A stretch of DNA of 64,000 bases from Prorocentrum cordatum (taxonomy: Eukaryota), in NCBI GenBank assembly GCA_963575745.1, contig CAUYUJ010000181.1, positions 496,001 through 560,000 on the forward strand, in the 5' to 3' direction. The position numbers were made by a program, and so were the translations under genes. Positions 1-11,797 of this stretch are shown one piece after another; within the stretch, counting starts at the first letter, position 1, and each line of letters starts with the position of its first letter. The notes beneath the pieces were generated by a model, which was not told the origin of the DNA, did no database searches, and saw nothing but the letters and a program-made list of their open reading frames with translations.

Positions 1-744
1 AGCTGGTCTTGGGGAGACAGTGTGCTCCCCCCGGTTCTCGGGGTGAGTCTTCGACAGCGGCGCGCAGACTGCTGCAATGCAGGGTCCGACTGACCTGGGT
101 CCCCTCCTCCCTCCTCGCCCGAATTGCGGCCTTCTCCTGCTCCTCCTCTTCCCTCTCTCTCAACACTATCTCTCTTCCCTCTCTTCCTGCTCCTGCTCCT
201 GCTCCTGCGCCTCCTCTTCCTCCTCCTCCTCCTCCTTCCCCTCCTCCTCCTCCTCCTCCTCCTCCTCCTCCTCCTCCTCCTCTTCTAGATTGCGGCCTCC
301 TCCTCCTCCTCCTCCTCCTCCTCCTCCTCCTCCTGCTCCTCCTCCTCCTCCTGCTCACTGCGACGCTGACGTGGGCTCCCTCCGGCATGCGGCTTGGCCG
401 GGCTGCCTGCGGCGAAGCTGCGGCGCTGGAGAGTTGCGATCTCCCCGGCCGCGTCCGTCTGGCAGAGCCGCGCGGCAGCACCCGGACGGAGTGACGCAAG
501 TTTTTGTTGTTAGGAGGAGGAGGAGGAGGAGGAGGAGGAGGAGGAGGAGGAGGAGGAGGAGGAGAGGAGGAGGAGGAGGAGGAGGAGGAGGAGGAGGAGG
601 AGGAGGAGGAGGAGGAGGAGAGGAGGAGGAGGAGGAGGAGGGAGGGGGAGGAGGAGGAGGAGGAGGAGGAGGAGGAGGAGGAGGAGGAGGAGGAGGAGGC
701 GTTCTGTCCAACTGAGCGTGCATCCCTCTGGAGGCCGCCTGGCG

Positions 745-1310
745 GGCGACGTTCTGGGGACGGCTCAGCGTCTCCTGTCGTTCGCGGCAGTTATCTCGTT
801 ACGCCGGGCGGGGTGGGGCCTGGCGCAGGTGGACCCTGCAGGCAATCTTGCGTGCGCCGCCCACGGCCCAGTTCCCGGCCACGCTCCTGGCCCCGAGACA
901 GCCGAAGGATAGGCGGTGGTGGCTTGCCTTCGCTCTCGGGGAGCTGGCGCGATGAATTTTCACTCCGACTGCCTATGAGTGGTGACCTCATTCGCCAAAG
1001 GGCGGTGGGAGACCACGCCTTCAGGTTGTGTTGGTGTCGATTTCCGGTCTGCGATCTGGGATGCCCTTGAAGATATCGAGTTCGAGGCTCGGGTTCGCAA
1101 GGTCAAAGGACATGCCCGAATTGCTGACGACGATTCGGCCGACAACGCCTGTTATCTCCGCGATGGAAACGCCGAGGCGGGCAAACGGAGGGGCGCGGCC
1201 ATGCCCCCCGAGGATGTGGGGGTCGAGGGTGGGGGGGTGGGTGCTGTCCAGCTCGTCACGACAGTAGCAAACATCTGGGCCGCTTTCTGCGGGCTTGGCA
1301 TTTTCCGCGG
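745..1310 (+). mobile_element. Decayed LINE retrotransposon fragment (RNase H domain)
   Basis: Frameshifted motifs in RNase H order: GDGSA, RRAGWGLAQVDPAGNLACAAHGPVPG, IWDALEDIEFEARVRKVKGHA, RDGNAEA..RGAAMPP. Flanked by (GGA)n tracts. Confidence 0.7.
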
Positions 1311-2117
1311 CAAGAGCACGCCCGCCGCGGCCCAGCGCTATCGGCCGACCACCCAGTGCCTGACGGCCAGCACGATTTGGTTTGAGTGCAGGGGCGCCTG
1401 CGATGCATACGCTGCGGCCTCGTCCCCTCCTGTCTTCCTCCACGCTGCACGGCAGAGGGCAGCCAGAACTGGCTTTGGCCCGCGGGGCCCTCTGTTTTCT
1501 GCTCGGCCTGCGGCTCTTACCCCCGTGAGAACACGACACGGGCGGATTGGCCAAGCCTTGCAAAGGGGACGTGATCCGCCAGGAGGAGGAGGAGGAGGAG
1601 AAGAAGGAGGAGGAGAAGGAGGAGGAGGAGGGGAAGGAGGAGGAGGAGGAGGAGGAGGAGGAGGAGGAGGAGGAGGAGGAGGAGAAGGGGGGAGAAGGAG
1701 GAGGAGGAAGAGGAGAGGAGGAGAGGAGAAGGAGGAGGAGGAGGAGCAGCAGGAGGAGGAGGAGGGATGAGGAGGAGGAGAAGGAGGAGGAGGAGGAGGA
1801 GGAGGGGAGGGGGAGGAGGAGGAGGAGAAGGATAATGAGGATAATGAGGAGGGAGGAGGAGGTGGAGGAGGAGGAGGAGGAGGAGGAGGAGGAGGAGGAG
1901 GAGGGGGAGGAGGAGGAGGAGGAGGAGGAGGAGGAGGAGGAGGAGAGCGCCACAGCCTACCGGTCGAACAGACTATGAGAGACACGCAGTCCGCGTACTG
2001 GTACCGCCCCCTGGGCTGCTCGAGGCCTCAGCCCCATCGGGGCGTCGGCAGTGGACGCGACATTCGGGGACCTCATCGTACTGCCCGGCGGCAGCGACGG
2101 GACGATCACGGCTAGCC

Positions 2118-2269
2118 TTAGGTCGGGCGTGTCCTCCTAAGCGCGGATCGTTTGCGAAAAATAACAAACATTCACAACATACTCAACCAAATATTCAAAA
2201 CAAAGACGCCCCTAGACTATTTTTACAATTTTCGCATACTCATCCTGTCGAGGGACACGCTCGACTTAA
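2118..2269. mobile_element. MITE family B (TTAGGTCGGG...CGACTTAA), 8-bp TSD
   Basis: Termini TTAGGTCGGGCGTGTCC / GGACACGCTCGACTTAA are inverted repeats. Direct repeat GGCTAGCC at 2110-2117 and 2270-2277. Confidence 0.85.
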
Positions 2270-2798
2270 GGCTAGCCTACCTCGTTGCCTCTTTCCTTCT
2301 GCCTCTCCCTTCGCCGACGTTCTCTGATTCGGCGTTTCGACATTGGGCGGAAGTGTGGAGGGGTGCCTTGTGCGACTGTTTGCACAAGCGCGTCCCATGG
2401 GGAAGACCCCACCTGCTTGAGACAGGCGACAAAAATTGCCCAAATCCATGAAGACGGAAAACAGGCGATTGGCAAAACAATGCATAAGAAAACGATCACT
2501 CCCTCGCCTCCCCCCAGAGCAGGCCGTTTCGGGCACAACCGCGTCCCGCCGAGCCACGCCAGGGCCCATGTCGATAACAGTTGCGGGCCGCGCACGCGCG
2601 ACCAGCGCTCCGTACAGCATGGCTCGCGCACCGAACAAAGCAGCACTCCTTGCCATTTCTCCCTCCCGGATCCAGCAATCGATCGCCATTGTGCCGTGAA
2701 TCTTGCCTCGATACGTTTTGCGGGGACGGATAACAAGGTGTGCGGCAGATGCGCGACTTGCCCGGCGACCCGCAAAAGCACCGCCACCGAGGCGGTCC

Positions 2799-3647
2799 TC
2801 AGTGGTGCACCTCCAGCACGCTGAGGTCTGTGCCGTGGCGAGGCGCCAGGCCGAAGAGAACGAGGAAGGCACAGACGCAGGCCGCGTTGAGCACAAAGTG
2901 CAGCAGCTGGGCCATGACCCAGTTCTTGAAGCCTTCGCCGAAGAACGCGCTCTCGTGATCCACCGGATCCTGCACCCAATAGAAGAAGACGGGGTGCTCC
3001 GCGTGAATGTCGTAGAGCGCCTCCGCCTGCTGCACCGCAAGACGAAAGCTGTCCCGCTGGTCGTCGCCGACCTGCCTCAGCCCGGCGCGGGCGGCCGGGT
3101 TGTCGTACTCGCCGCAGTGGAAGTCCGCCTGGGAAGACTTGCAGCAATTGATACCCACGGCCCACAGGTCGTAGGAGCTCAGCATCCCGCGGGCGTTCTG
3201 GGACGGCAGCCCGATGCTGGTGGTGATCGGCGCCACGCAGTACGTGTCCCAGCTCGTGAAGCTCATCGCCAAGTCGGTGGCTACGCGCGCACCCTCGGCG
3301 AAATACACCTTGCCAGCGTCCATCATGCGGACGCCGTTCACCTCCGCCGGGTCGATGTTGACGTACGTCTTCATGGACTCCAGGAAGAAGAACGGGTAGC
3401 CGAAGTGCCAGTAGCTCAGTTCCCCGAGCACCGCTGCCAGCACAAACGCCATCAAAAGCAGGAACGTCGAGAGGGCGAACCACAGGGTCAGGAGGCCTCC
3501 CCCCTCCTTCGCCCTCTGCGCGAACACGGCCGAGGCCGCCGCGGGCGCCAAACCCAGGGCGGCCAGGAACCAGACCGCCAGAGGGTGGCGGAAGTGGTAG
3601 CCGAAGCAGAGCAGCGTGGCGACATAGGTGAACACCAGAGGCGGGAC
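2799..3647 (-). CDS. Gene 1 exon 2: multi-pass membrane protein of an alveolate/dinoflagellate family (unknown function)
   Basis: 283 open codons with GC3 bias. Hydrophobic helices plus a Cys-containing domain (MMDAGKVYF, YCVAPI, YDLWAVGINCC, DFHCGEYDNP, FRLAVQQAEALY, HPVFFYWVQDP) and a C-terminal TM segment. Acceptor TGAG|GTC. Confidence 0.88.
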   Translation of the reverse strand, partial: VPPLVFTYVATLLCFGYHFRHPLAVWFLAALGLAPAAASAVFAQRAKEGGGLLTLWFALSTFLLLMAFVLAAVLGELSYWHFGYPFFFLESMKTYVNIDPAEVNGVRMMDAGKVYFAEGARVATDLAMSFTSWDTYCVAPITTSIGLPSQNARGMLSSYDLWAVGINCCKSSQADFHCGEYDNPAARAGLRQVGDDQRDSFRLAVQQAEALYDIHAEHPVFFYWVQDPVDHESAFFGEGFKNWVMAQLLHFVLNAACVCAFLVLFGLAPRHGTDLSVLEVHH

Positions 3648-3847
3648 CTCACGATCGGCGGACATTTCCATGTCCACGCCCTCGCGGTCTGGGCTCTGGG
3701 GCGCGATCCCGCGGATACGCGGTCGCACGGATACGTTCCCCGCGGGGCATCCGCAAACAAACGCCCCGTATCTGCAAGTTCGCGGCCCAGGGACACGGCC
3801 CGCGAGGCCGTGGACACGGATATGTGTTCTACCCACTGCACGAGGAC
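3648..3847 (-). mobile_element. 200-bp GT-AG intron formed by repeat family D, 5-bp TSD
   Basis: GGACC at 3644-3648 and 3844-3848. Interior is homologous to about 51035-51233 (shared GGATACGTTCC.CGCGGGGCATCCGC and CCGTGGA.ACGGATAT). Confidence 0.8.
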
Positions 3848-4069
3848 CAGCACCGCCAGCGCCACCCGGGTCAGCTGCGCAGCGGTCTGCACTTGCCCGC
3901 GGGGCGCCTTCCTCGGGGGCTTCCTGCCCTCCACGCCGCCGTACCCCGTGGCTGGCCGGGGTGCCTCCACGTACACCGGCGGCCCGCCGAGGGCGAGCGC
4001 GGACTCGATCTCGTCCACGCGCTTGCCACCCGCCGGGTGCCAGGTGGACTCCAGCGCCCCGCGATGCAT
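3848..4069 (-). CDS. Gene 1 exon 1
   Basis: ATG at 4069 and 74 codons ending ...TRVALAVL. Donor CTG|GT joins in phase 0 to VPPLVF, completing a hydrophobic helix. Confidence 0.72.
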
Positions 4070-5488
4070 CCCGGCACCCCGCCTGGCTAGGCGGACCGGA
4101 GCGGGCAGCGGGACTTCATTGCCGCTGGCTGCCTGTCGCGCGCCCGGCCCAGGCCTGCGACGGCTCTGATCCAGAGGCCACGGCCCGTGTCGTCGGGGGA
4201 ACGCGAGCGAACAGCAAGACAGCGACAGTGCGAAGAGCCAAATGACCCCGACGCAACCCCAAGAGAGGGTGCTCTATTTTCCGCAGCCGTCGATATACAC
4301 ACATAAATGTGTAGATAAACACATAGATGCAAACATATTATTGTCGTTGTATAAATATGTTCATAGATACATAGATATCGCCGTACATAGTTACATATGT
4401 GTATGCATGTGTGTATGTATGCATATACATATGTATGTACGTGTACGTATGGAATAATGAATCCAGGACTTCCTTGGCGCGTCATGCCATGCGCCTTGCT
4501 CCCGAGTAACACTGTTGCGATCAGGCGGGGCAGATGTCCCCCCTGGCAGAAGACCGTGTCCCCATGGTGGTCAGTTGCGTTTCGGCTGCTCCTGCGTATC
4601 CTTCTCTTCCGCATCCTTGTCTTCCCATGTTTTTCATTACTGCTACTGTTATTCGTATCCTTATTATCCTAATGATCATCATGATTGTCATACCCACTTT
4701 CCCTTCTTCTCCAAGTTTCTGGTTATGCTTCTCTTCTTCCTTTATTCTTCCCGTTTCGGGCGCCGCGCGTCACTGTTTCGGGGGTCATCATGAGTCGAGG
4801 CAGTCTTGGGGCCCTGTTGCGAGGCCTTGGGCCTCCCTTTCCTGTGGTCGTTCTGACCCCCTTTTGGCCCGATCTTCGGGGCCTCTTGGGCGGCCTCGGT
4901 CGCCCAACGCCAAGACAGCGTCACTCGGTTCTGGTCCCTCTTTCCTTCGAAGGAGCTCATGGCCAAGAATTGGGTGAGGCGGACTCGCGTCCGCCTGACC
5001 ATGCAAGCTGGCGCGCATTGCAACCGCCCGCTACTAGGGTCACAGTGACCTGATACCACTCTTAGCATACAGAGACATGCATAGATAATTCGACTTCAAG
5101 ACAAGGCCTAGGGAAAACGATGGCAATACATCAAATATGATGTTCTTTCTCGTCGCTCCACCACGGCTCGTCAGGATGCACCCTCCGCAACCATTTGAAA
5201 ATCCACACCGCATTGATGAAGCTTCGACATGAACACACCTGGACATTCGCAGAGAAACAGCGCCGGTCTACGTTCGGGGGCTGCCAGAAGTGATCCTGGC
5301 CCGAGGCGTCCCCAGCTTTTCGCCCCATTTGGTGACCTCTTGGGCCCTCTGGGCCCCGTGAGATAGTGGGTGCTCTCGAGGCCTCCTCCTGGGAAGCCAC
5401 GGAGAAGCTGGTGCCACCGTGGGCCAGAGCCGCTTCTGGTAACACCCGTCTTTTAGACCCCTCAGAGCCGACCGGCGCATCGAGTTAC

Positions 5489-5800
5489 TTGAGCAGGGAC
5501 CGACCGTCCCGGTTTTCCTCCTCCTCCTCCCCCTCCGCCTCCTCCTCCTCCTTCTCCGCCTCCTCCTCCTTCTCCTCCTCCTCCTCCTCCTCCTCCTCCA
5601 CCTCCTCCTCCTCCTACCGCAAAATGTTCTCACAACCCACAAAATATTCGAAGGACAAGGACAAGGTTCTCAGAACAGAGCCCCGACGTGTGCAAGCACG
5701 ACGGTCTCGGCCAGGAGAGGCTCTGAGAACAGGTCGCGCAGACCACAAGAGGTTCTTAGAACACTCTCTGGCGGGCCCATTGGCGAGCCAGGACGCCTCG
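5489..5800. mobile_element. MITE family A copy interrupted by a (CCT)n tract
   Basis: Starts TTGAGCAGGGACCGACCGTCCCGG and ends ...GGCGAGCCAGGACGCCTCG, like the copies at 11798, 42719, 53548 and 57458. Confidence 0.75.
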
Positions 5801-6027
5801 CTTCGCCCCTGCACGGCGAGGCATCCACGGAGGAAGCCGAGGAGAGCACGGCGCGGCCGCGCGGCGGCTCACGGCAGCGACCTCGAACCACAGGCAAGCG
5901 ATACTCACAGGAGGCCTCGTCTCGAGCCCTCCCCGGGGCATGTGGCCGGTGCCAGCCGCACCCCCCCGCTAGCCGGTGTTCTTCCTCCGGCTACCACGCA
6001 AGGAGCGGCCTATCTAGAGAGCAGAAA

Positions 6028-6225
6028 TAGGGGAACGAACAATGACATGGACATAAAAACTCGGAGGTCCGCGCGGATTTCTCGGATCGGCGCTGGACCC
6101 CCTCCCTGGCGCGCGGAGCGCGGCAAGAGCGGCGCCGAAGGCGCCGCCAGGGGGTTCCAGCGCCGATCCGGGAAATCCGCGCGGACCTCCAAGATGTTAT
6201 GTTTATGTCATTGTTCGCTCCCCTA
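6028..6225. mobile_element. Fold-back MITE family C (TAGGGGAAC...CCCCTA), 5-bp TSD
   Basis: Imperfect terminal inverted repeats of about 70 bp. AGAAA at 6023-6027 and 6226-6230. Confidence 0.88.
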
Positions 6226-6936
6226 AGAAAACCCACCCTCATGAGAATCACCCGGACAAGTCGTTCAGTAAACGCACCGAAAAGAAGGAATCGAACAGGG
6301 CAGGGCTGTTTCGTAAACGACCAGGGCCGTTTGGTAAAGGCCAAGAATCGGGTCCGGGTAGTTATCTCTCCCGTGACGATGGGCAAAGGTGACCTTCGGT
6401 GCGCGACTTGCCGATCCTTCCTTGCGAGCGATGCGATACAGTCAAGCTGCTACCAGAAGGAGCGCTAGACAAGGAACGGAGCCTCCTCTTGTCGCTCCTA
6501 AAGCACCTCGGTGCACAAGGATGGCTCGAGGAACAACCATGGAAGGACGCAAGGAACAGCAGGCCCCTGCCGAACACGAACTGCTCCTCAGTCAAGCATC
6601 TGGACTGTAGCAGCGGCCTGCGCGCTTGGGTTTAAGCTCCCCCGAGCCCTCCGAACGCCGCCCACCGAACGGTCACTCCGGCGACTCTTACGTGCAGCCG
6701 ATTCCTGGTGAAGGGTTTCTCCGAAGGGCTTAGGCGACCCGTCCTCCTCCTCCTCCTCCTCCCTCCTCCTCCTCCTCCTCCTCCTCCTCCTCCTCCTCCT
6801 CCTCCTCCTCCTCCTCCTCCTCCTCCATCTCCTCCTCCTCCTCCTCCTCCTCCTTCTCCTCCCCTCCTCCTCCTCCTCCTCCTCCTCCTCCTCCTCCTCC
6901 TCCACCTCCTCCTCCTCCTCCTCCTCCTCGGGTCGC

Positions 6937-7062
6937 CTACGGCCCAGGGGAAACCGCGAAGTTCCTGGTGGCAATGCTGACAATCTCTGGCGCATCTGGG
7001 TTGCCGTCCCAGATCTCAGGGTCGGCCGGGGGGGTGGCCTTCCGGGTGATGCCGCCGGGGAC
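6937..7062 (-). CDS. Gene 2 (DET1-like histidine phosphatase) last exon
   Basis: Acceptor AACAG|GTC. Reads VPGGITRKATPPADPEIWDGNPDAPEIVSIATRNFAVSPGP* (42 codons, phase 0). Confidence 0.75.
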   Translation of the reverse strand, partial: VPGGITRKATPPADPEIWDGNPDAPEIVSIATRNFAVSPGP

Positions 7063-7273
7063 CTGTTCTCGCTTCGGGAGGGGAACGGGGCAGGAGTAGG
7101 AAGAGGGAGGCGAGGAGGAGGAGCAGGAAGAGCCAGACGGGGAGGGAAGGAAAGCGGCGAGGACGAGGACGAAGAGGGAGGGCTAGAGGACGGGAAGGAG
7201 GGGGGAAGAAGGAAGAAGACGAGAGGGAGAAAAAAGGGGAGCAAAAGACGGAGGACGAAGAGACTGATGGAAC

Positions 7274-7369
7274 CTTCTCGTCGCTAGTGGAGGGCCACGT
7301 GTAGGCAGGCTCGAACTTGATGGAGTGTTCTTCCCTTTCCAACACGATGATCTCGCAGTTTGTCAGATC
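7274..7369 (-). CDS. Gene 2 exon 4
   Basis: Reads DLTNCEIIVLEREEHSIKFEPAYTWPSTSDEK and carries the C-terminal N(C)E motif of histidine phosphatases. Acceptor CGAG|GA, donor AAG|GT. Confidence 0.82.
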
Positions 7370-8409
7370 CTCGCCATTGCGGGATAGTTCGCCGCAGGCC
7401 GACATGTACAAAGTACTGCGTCTGTCGATGCTGCAGCGTGCGAGGTGTCGTCCTACCCGCACATCACATGCGCCCACACACGCGCGCGTGCACCTGCAGG
7501 CTCGCACAGTCCCTTCGGCAGGCAAGCGGGCACACAGGAGCGGCAAGAGGCGACTCCGCTGGTCCTGGCCGAGCGTCCAGAAGAGAAGTGTGGGGGCAGA
7601 TGCAAGCCAGGTGCGCTCGCGCCGTACGGTGGGAGCATTGGAGAAGGAACCCGTACATGAGGAATCCAGGGCCTGGAGGCCGATGGAGCTCCAATCGAGG
7701 CTTGGCCGTGGATATCACCGCCGCCCTCATCGGACAAGGAGCCCTCCAGGGCCTGACGCCTCCAGGACACGTTCCTTCACCAACGCCCCCCCCCGGTGTC
7801 CTGATAGCACGTCCATCCCTTCCCACTGCGCTGATGTGTGTTTGTTTCTCGCTCCGCGGGCGCGGGCCAGGGCCGCCCCGGAACTCCCCCAAAACAAACC
7901 CATCGTGGCATGCGCGATCGGAAGGGGGGGGCTGCGTAGATAGGAGGAGGAGGAGGAGGAGGAGGAGGAGGAGGAGGAGGAGGAGGAGGAGGAGGAGGGT
8001 AGATCACGGTAGGTCAAAACATGGAGCGTGCTCCCTCGCAGCCTGCGACAGCCTTAAAGAACAGCAGCTTTCCAGGAAGCCCGGAGTGCTCACCACTCTG
8101 GACCGACGGAGGCATCCTCAGGGCCCGCATGTCAGAAGCCTTTTGGTGCAGGCTCCCGGCGGCACCATTCGACCGCTTCCCGTGGATCAGAAACGCCATG
8201 CAACGCAGCGACCCTATACACATCCAGAGGCTCAGGGACATTTAACCCGCAGGATGTTCCAACAAGCCTTGACCTGGAACCAGCATCAGAAATGCTCAGC
8301 TTCCCCACACACTGAGCTCAACCCTCCAAGGACGGTGGCAAGTCCTGGGTGCGTGTAACCTTTGCAGACATCCGCCAGGCCCGACCCAGGCCTATGCAAT
8401 GGAGGCCAG

Positions 8410-8570
8410 ACCACAAGAAACCTTCCGCAAGAAACCAAACCCTGAGACCCCAGGGCGTCCATGGATTTTCTGGTGCGGAAACGCCACGCTTCCCATGGCA
8501 AAACCGTCGAGACCCAAGAACCCAGGGCACCCTGGAGGCAAGCAGAGTGCCTCTTGGCGTGGGCCTCCCC
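8410..8570. repeat. Dispersed repeat, second copy at about 50521-50670
   Basis: Both copies share CAAGAAAC.TTCC.CAAGAAACC.AAC.CTGAGACCCCAGG.CGTCCAT and CTTGGC.TGGGCCTCC. Confidence 0.7.
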
Positions 8571-8616
8571 TGTAGCTCTTCCGCACATCCGCACCACGGC
8601 CAGTGCAGAACAAGAC

Positions 8617-8785
8617 TCCCAGACCCCCGACGTCATGAATTTTTCATGACGTCGACCCCCAGCGGTCTGGACCCATCCCCCGGGACCGGTTTTTCATCCT
8701 GAGTCGTTTTTTGACGGTCCTGAGGGCCGGTAAGGGCCCCCAAAGGCCAAAAACAATGAAAAACCTCCCGTCGTGATTTTTTGGG
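8617..8785. repeat. Dispersed repeat with a perfect hairpin; copies at 44453-44618 and (diverged) 44172-44345
   Basis: Near-identical sequence that includes GACGTCATGAA-TTT-TTCATGACGTC. Confidence 0.8.
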
Positions 8786-8959
8786 TCTGGGCTGGCGGAT
8801 CCTCTCCCGGCCCGATGTCCCTGGCCTGCACGGCCTCGCGCCCCCGAAGCAGCCAGGGTTGCAGCCGGGCGCCGTCGCGCCCGGCGGCGAGGCTCTCACC
8901 CCCGCCGGGGACGCCTGCGCGGGGGCCGCGCCGCAGCAAAGCCCGGCTGCGCTTCTGCT

Positions 8960-11300
8960 GCTCCCATGGTACTCGAGGGCCGAATCCCAGAACCAAAAAT
9001 CGAGCACCCGGAAAAGTGTCGAACAGGCGTGCAACGAGTAATTCTCGCCTCCCAGTGCCCGGCACGCGCAAGCCCTCCAGCTTCAGTGCTTTCTTGGTGT
9101 TCGAGATTCTTCCCGGCGATCAAGGCGAAAGTGAGTTGGAACATCCAACATCAGGCTGGGAACGCGATCCGGCGCCTAAGCCTGTCGCGCGCGTCGCAGC
9201 CCGCCGCCCACTCGCTCGCCAGGTCGGCCTCGAGCATCGACTCGTCCACATCGAGATCTGACGCGACGTCCGACGCGCCGCCGACGCCGCCGGCGCCCTG
9301 GAAGCCGGCCACGCGCATCCACGCGCGCAGCCAGCCTCGCCAGGCAGCCGCTTGCTCCAGACATCGGCCAAAAACCCGTGTGCTTCCGGAGCTCCCCGCC
9401 ACGGAGCGCCTTTCTCGGCCCGCCCCTCCGCGAGGCGGTGCCCCCGAAGTTCCCAGAGATACTCGAGAGAGGCGCGGCCTCCTGGAGGGCCCTGTGTGCC
9501 TCGACCTCGTCCACCGTGGCAAAAGGCTCCGCTCTGGCCCACCAGAGCTTCCACATGGGCCTTGGCCGAATTCATGGCGCAACCCGCAGATCCAGGAGAG
9601 CCGCTGAAGACTTCGAGCAGCGCTCCCGAGTCGCCCTCCTCCGAGCGCGCCTCCGAAGACCGCGCCCAGCATGGGGAGCGCGCAATCCCCCCCGCCCCGA
9701 GCCCACTGCCCGGGCGCCCAGCCCCGAAGCACCACCCCATACATGCAGGCGACGAAGTTCCCGACCGGCCTGCCTTCCGACACGAGCCGTGCTTCGTGCT
9801 GCAGGCAGGGCCACCGACGAAGCTGGGCCGGGGCCCTCCCGGGAGCCGCCCGGGGACAGAGCTCCGACGAGGCGCGCCCCATGCTCCACAATGGAGCCTC
9901 GGGCTGCCCGCTCAGGGGAAGGGAAAGGGCCACGTGCAAATAATTATAACTCCGCATCATCGTCGCCCAAACCAGCCACTCCACTCGCTTGGCCGCCGCG
10001 CCCAGCTCCGGAAGCATCTCCGCACGTCTGAGAGCCGCTGTACAAGGGCAACTGTACAAGGGTCCCGCGGCTTCTACAAATCCTACACTTCTCGGAGAGA
10101 GCTCTACCGCGCCTCTGGAGGCCCCTGGGTACCCGGGATCATGCTACGCACGAGCTCCTTCTCATGCTCCCCAGATCCTCCAGAAGCTTTCCCGAATGCG
10201 ACTCACCCCTGTGGTTTCCGATCGAGCTCAGACCTCCAGCACTTGTACCCACTCCACGCCACAAGGTCCGAAGCGGCAACAGCCATTCGCTTAGCGGCCG
10301 CCACAGCTCGACCCAGGCAGAAAAACAGGTGGTCCACAGCCGCACCAAACGGGCCCACCAGCTCCGTCGCCGGTCGCACGCCAGCTCCAGCACGCGCCAG
10401 GGAGAGCAACGGAACCCGAGCTGGAGTGGCGCCCTGCGTCCATGGAGACTACGCCCGAAGGATGCCCCGGACTGCCCGAGCACAGACCCCGAATTCAGGC
10501 AACTCCGGAAGCGACGTCTCCACGCGCATGGCCCAAGCGCGCCAGCCTCCACCACGGCCCCTCCGGAACCCTCGACGCATGGCGCGCGCAGACGCAGTCC
10601 TGGGCCGGCCCCGGCCGGGGGCCGGCCCTCAGCTCGCAGAACCGCGGCTCTCAGGCCGTCGAGCTCGAGATCGGCCGGCGCCGTCGCCGCCGAGAGCCCC
10701 AGGCCGCGGCGGCCGTCGGCGAGCTCCTGGAGAGACCCGCTCCACCGCAGCACCAGCGCCACGCAGAGCGTGCACGTCCTGGGCGGCTGCCTCCGCCTTG
10801 GCCGGCCTCCTGTTCCGCTCCGTCGCGCTGCGTTTGGCGCCGGCGGAGCCGTCGCCTCCCAGGCGCCTCGCACCCCTGGGCCGCCCGATCTCGCCATCCC
10901 AGGCCTGCCTCCTCCAGAAGCTCGGCGAGCTCGGCGTTGCCCGTGAGCCATGCGGTCTTGTCCCAGTTGACTAACAGCTCCCTCTCAATGAGCCCGTCCA
11001 CGAGGAAGCGCAGAGCGCCCGGCAACTCTTTGGCTACGAGCCTCATCGTGCCCGGCGACGGCAGCAACTGGTCGCCCACCAGCGACCGCGCGCGCGCCAG
11101 AGGGAAGCGCCCCCCCTGCTCGACCAGCATCGCGTGCACCATGAGCTTAGAGCCACGCCCAGGGCGCCAGCGCAACCGGCCCCCCTATCGCCCCGTTGGT
11201 CCCGATGGCCACGCCCGGCGCTCCTGCGTACCGGGCCTGCCTGGGGAGCCTGTAGGCGCAGTGGAGCGCCGGAAGCAACGGGAGTGGGAAGCGCGCACTT
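8960..11300 (-). mobile_element. Decayed LINE ORF2, 3' half (RT C-terminus, Cys motif, RNase H), in gene 2 intron 3
   Basis: Frameshifted pieces in the expected order: GAGCAGAL..KLMVHAML..RSLVGDQLL (degenerate YVDD), LLVNWDKT, LGGD, SELCPR..RRWPC, WKLWW..VEAHR..GN. Confidence 0.7.
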
Positions 11301-11639
11301 CGCGCTTCCCTACAGGAGGAGGGCGTGCGACACGTACTCGTGATTTTTGCTAAGGTCCAATACCCAAATAATTAAAGAATACCCCAAAAATAATCCCCAT
11401 ACTTTTTTTTCCTATTTTACAGGCCCGACTTAAAGCTACCGGGAGAGCAGCGCATAGCGGGGCCAGCCCCTGCGCAGCACGATCGCCCGCAGCGCTGCGG
11501 CGCGCCGGCACGCCGCCGCAGGCCGGGCCCGACCAGCGACGGGGCTCTGGCGTTGCACTGGCCCCGAGCTGGCTCTGCCGCTCCACGGCGCACGGCGCGC
11601 GCTGCTCCGTCGTGCCGTCGCACCTGCCCTGTCTGCGGT

Positions 11640-11797
11640 TTCGTCGGGCCTGTCCCCCTGCAGGGGGGTTTTTGGACGAAAAATGAAACATAGTCAAAAC
11701 ATGCCCCAGAATGGCGAAAACACATTCGGAAAATTGTCCCCAGACTATTTTTCGACTATTTTTGAAGACTCCTCCTGCAGAGGGACAAGCCCGACTT
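11640..11797. mobile_element. MITE family B copy (a partial copy also lies at about 11309-11433)
   Basis: GTCGGGCCTGTCCCCCTGCAGG...CCTGCAGAGGGACAAGCCCGAC inverted termini. Confidence 0.8.

Noticed and set aside
3648..3836. N-terminus of the 345-aa ORF
   Set aside because: It lies inside repeat family D. The spliced upstream exon gives a better model.
2703..4169. 488-aa plus-strand ORF
   Set aside because: It is the antisense shadow of GC3-rich gene 1.
9352..10974. 540-aa plus-strand ORF
   Set aside because: Pro/Arg-rich antisense frame of the decayed LINE; no domain recognised.
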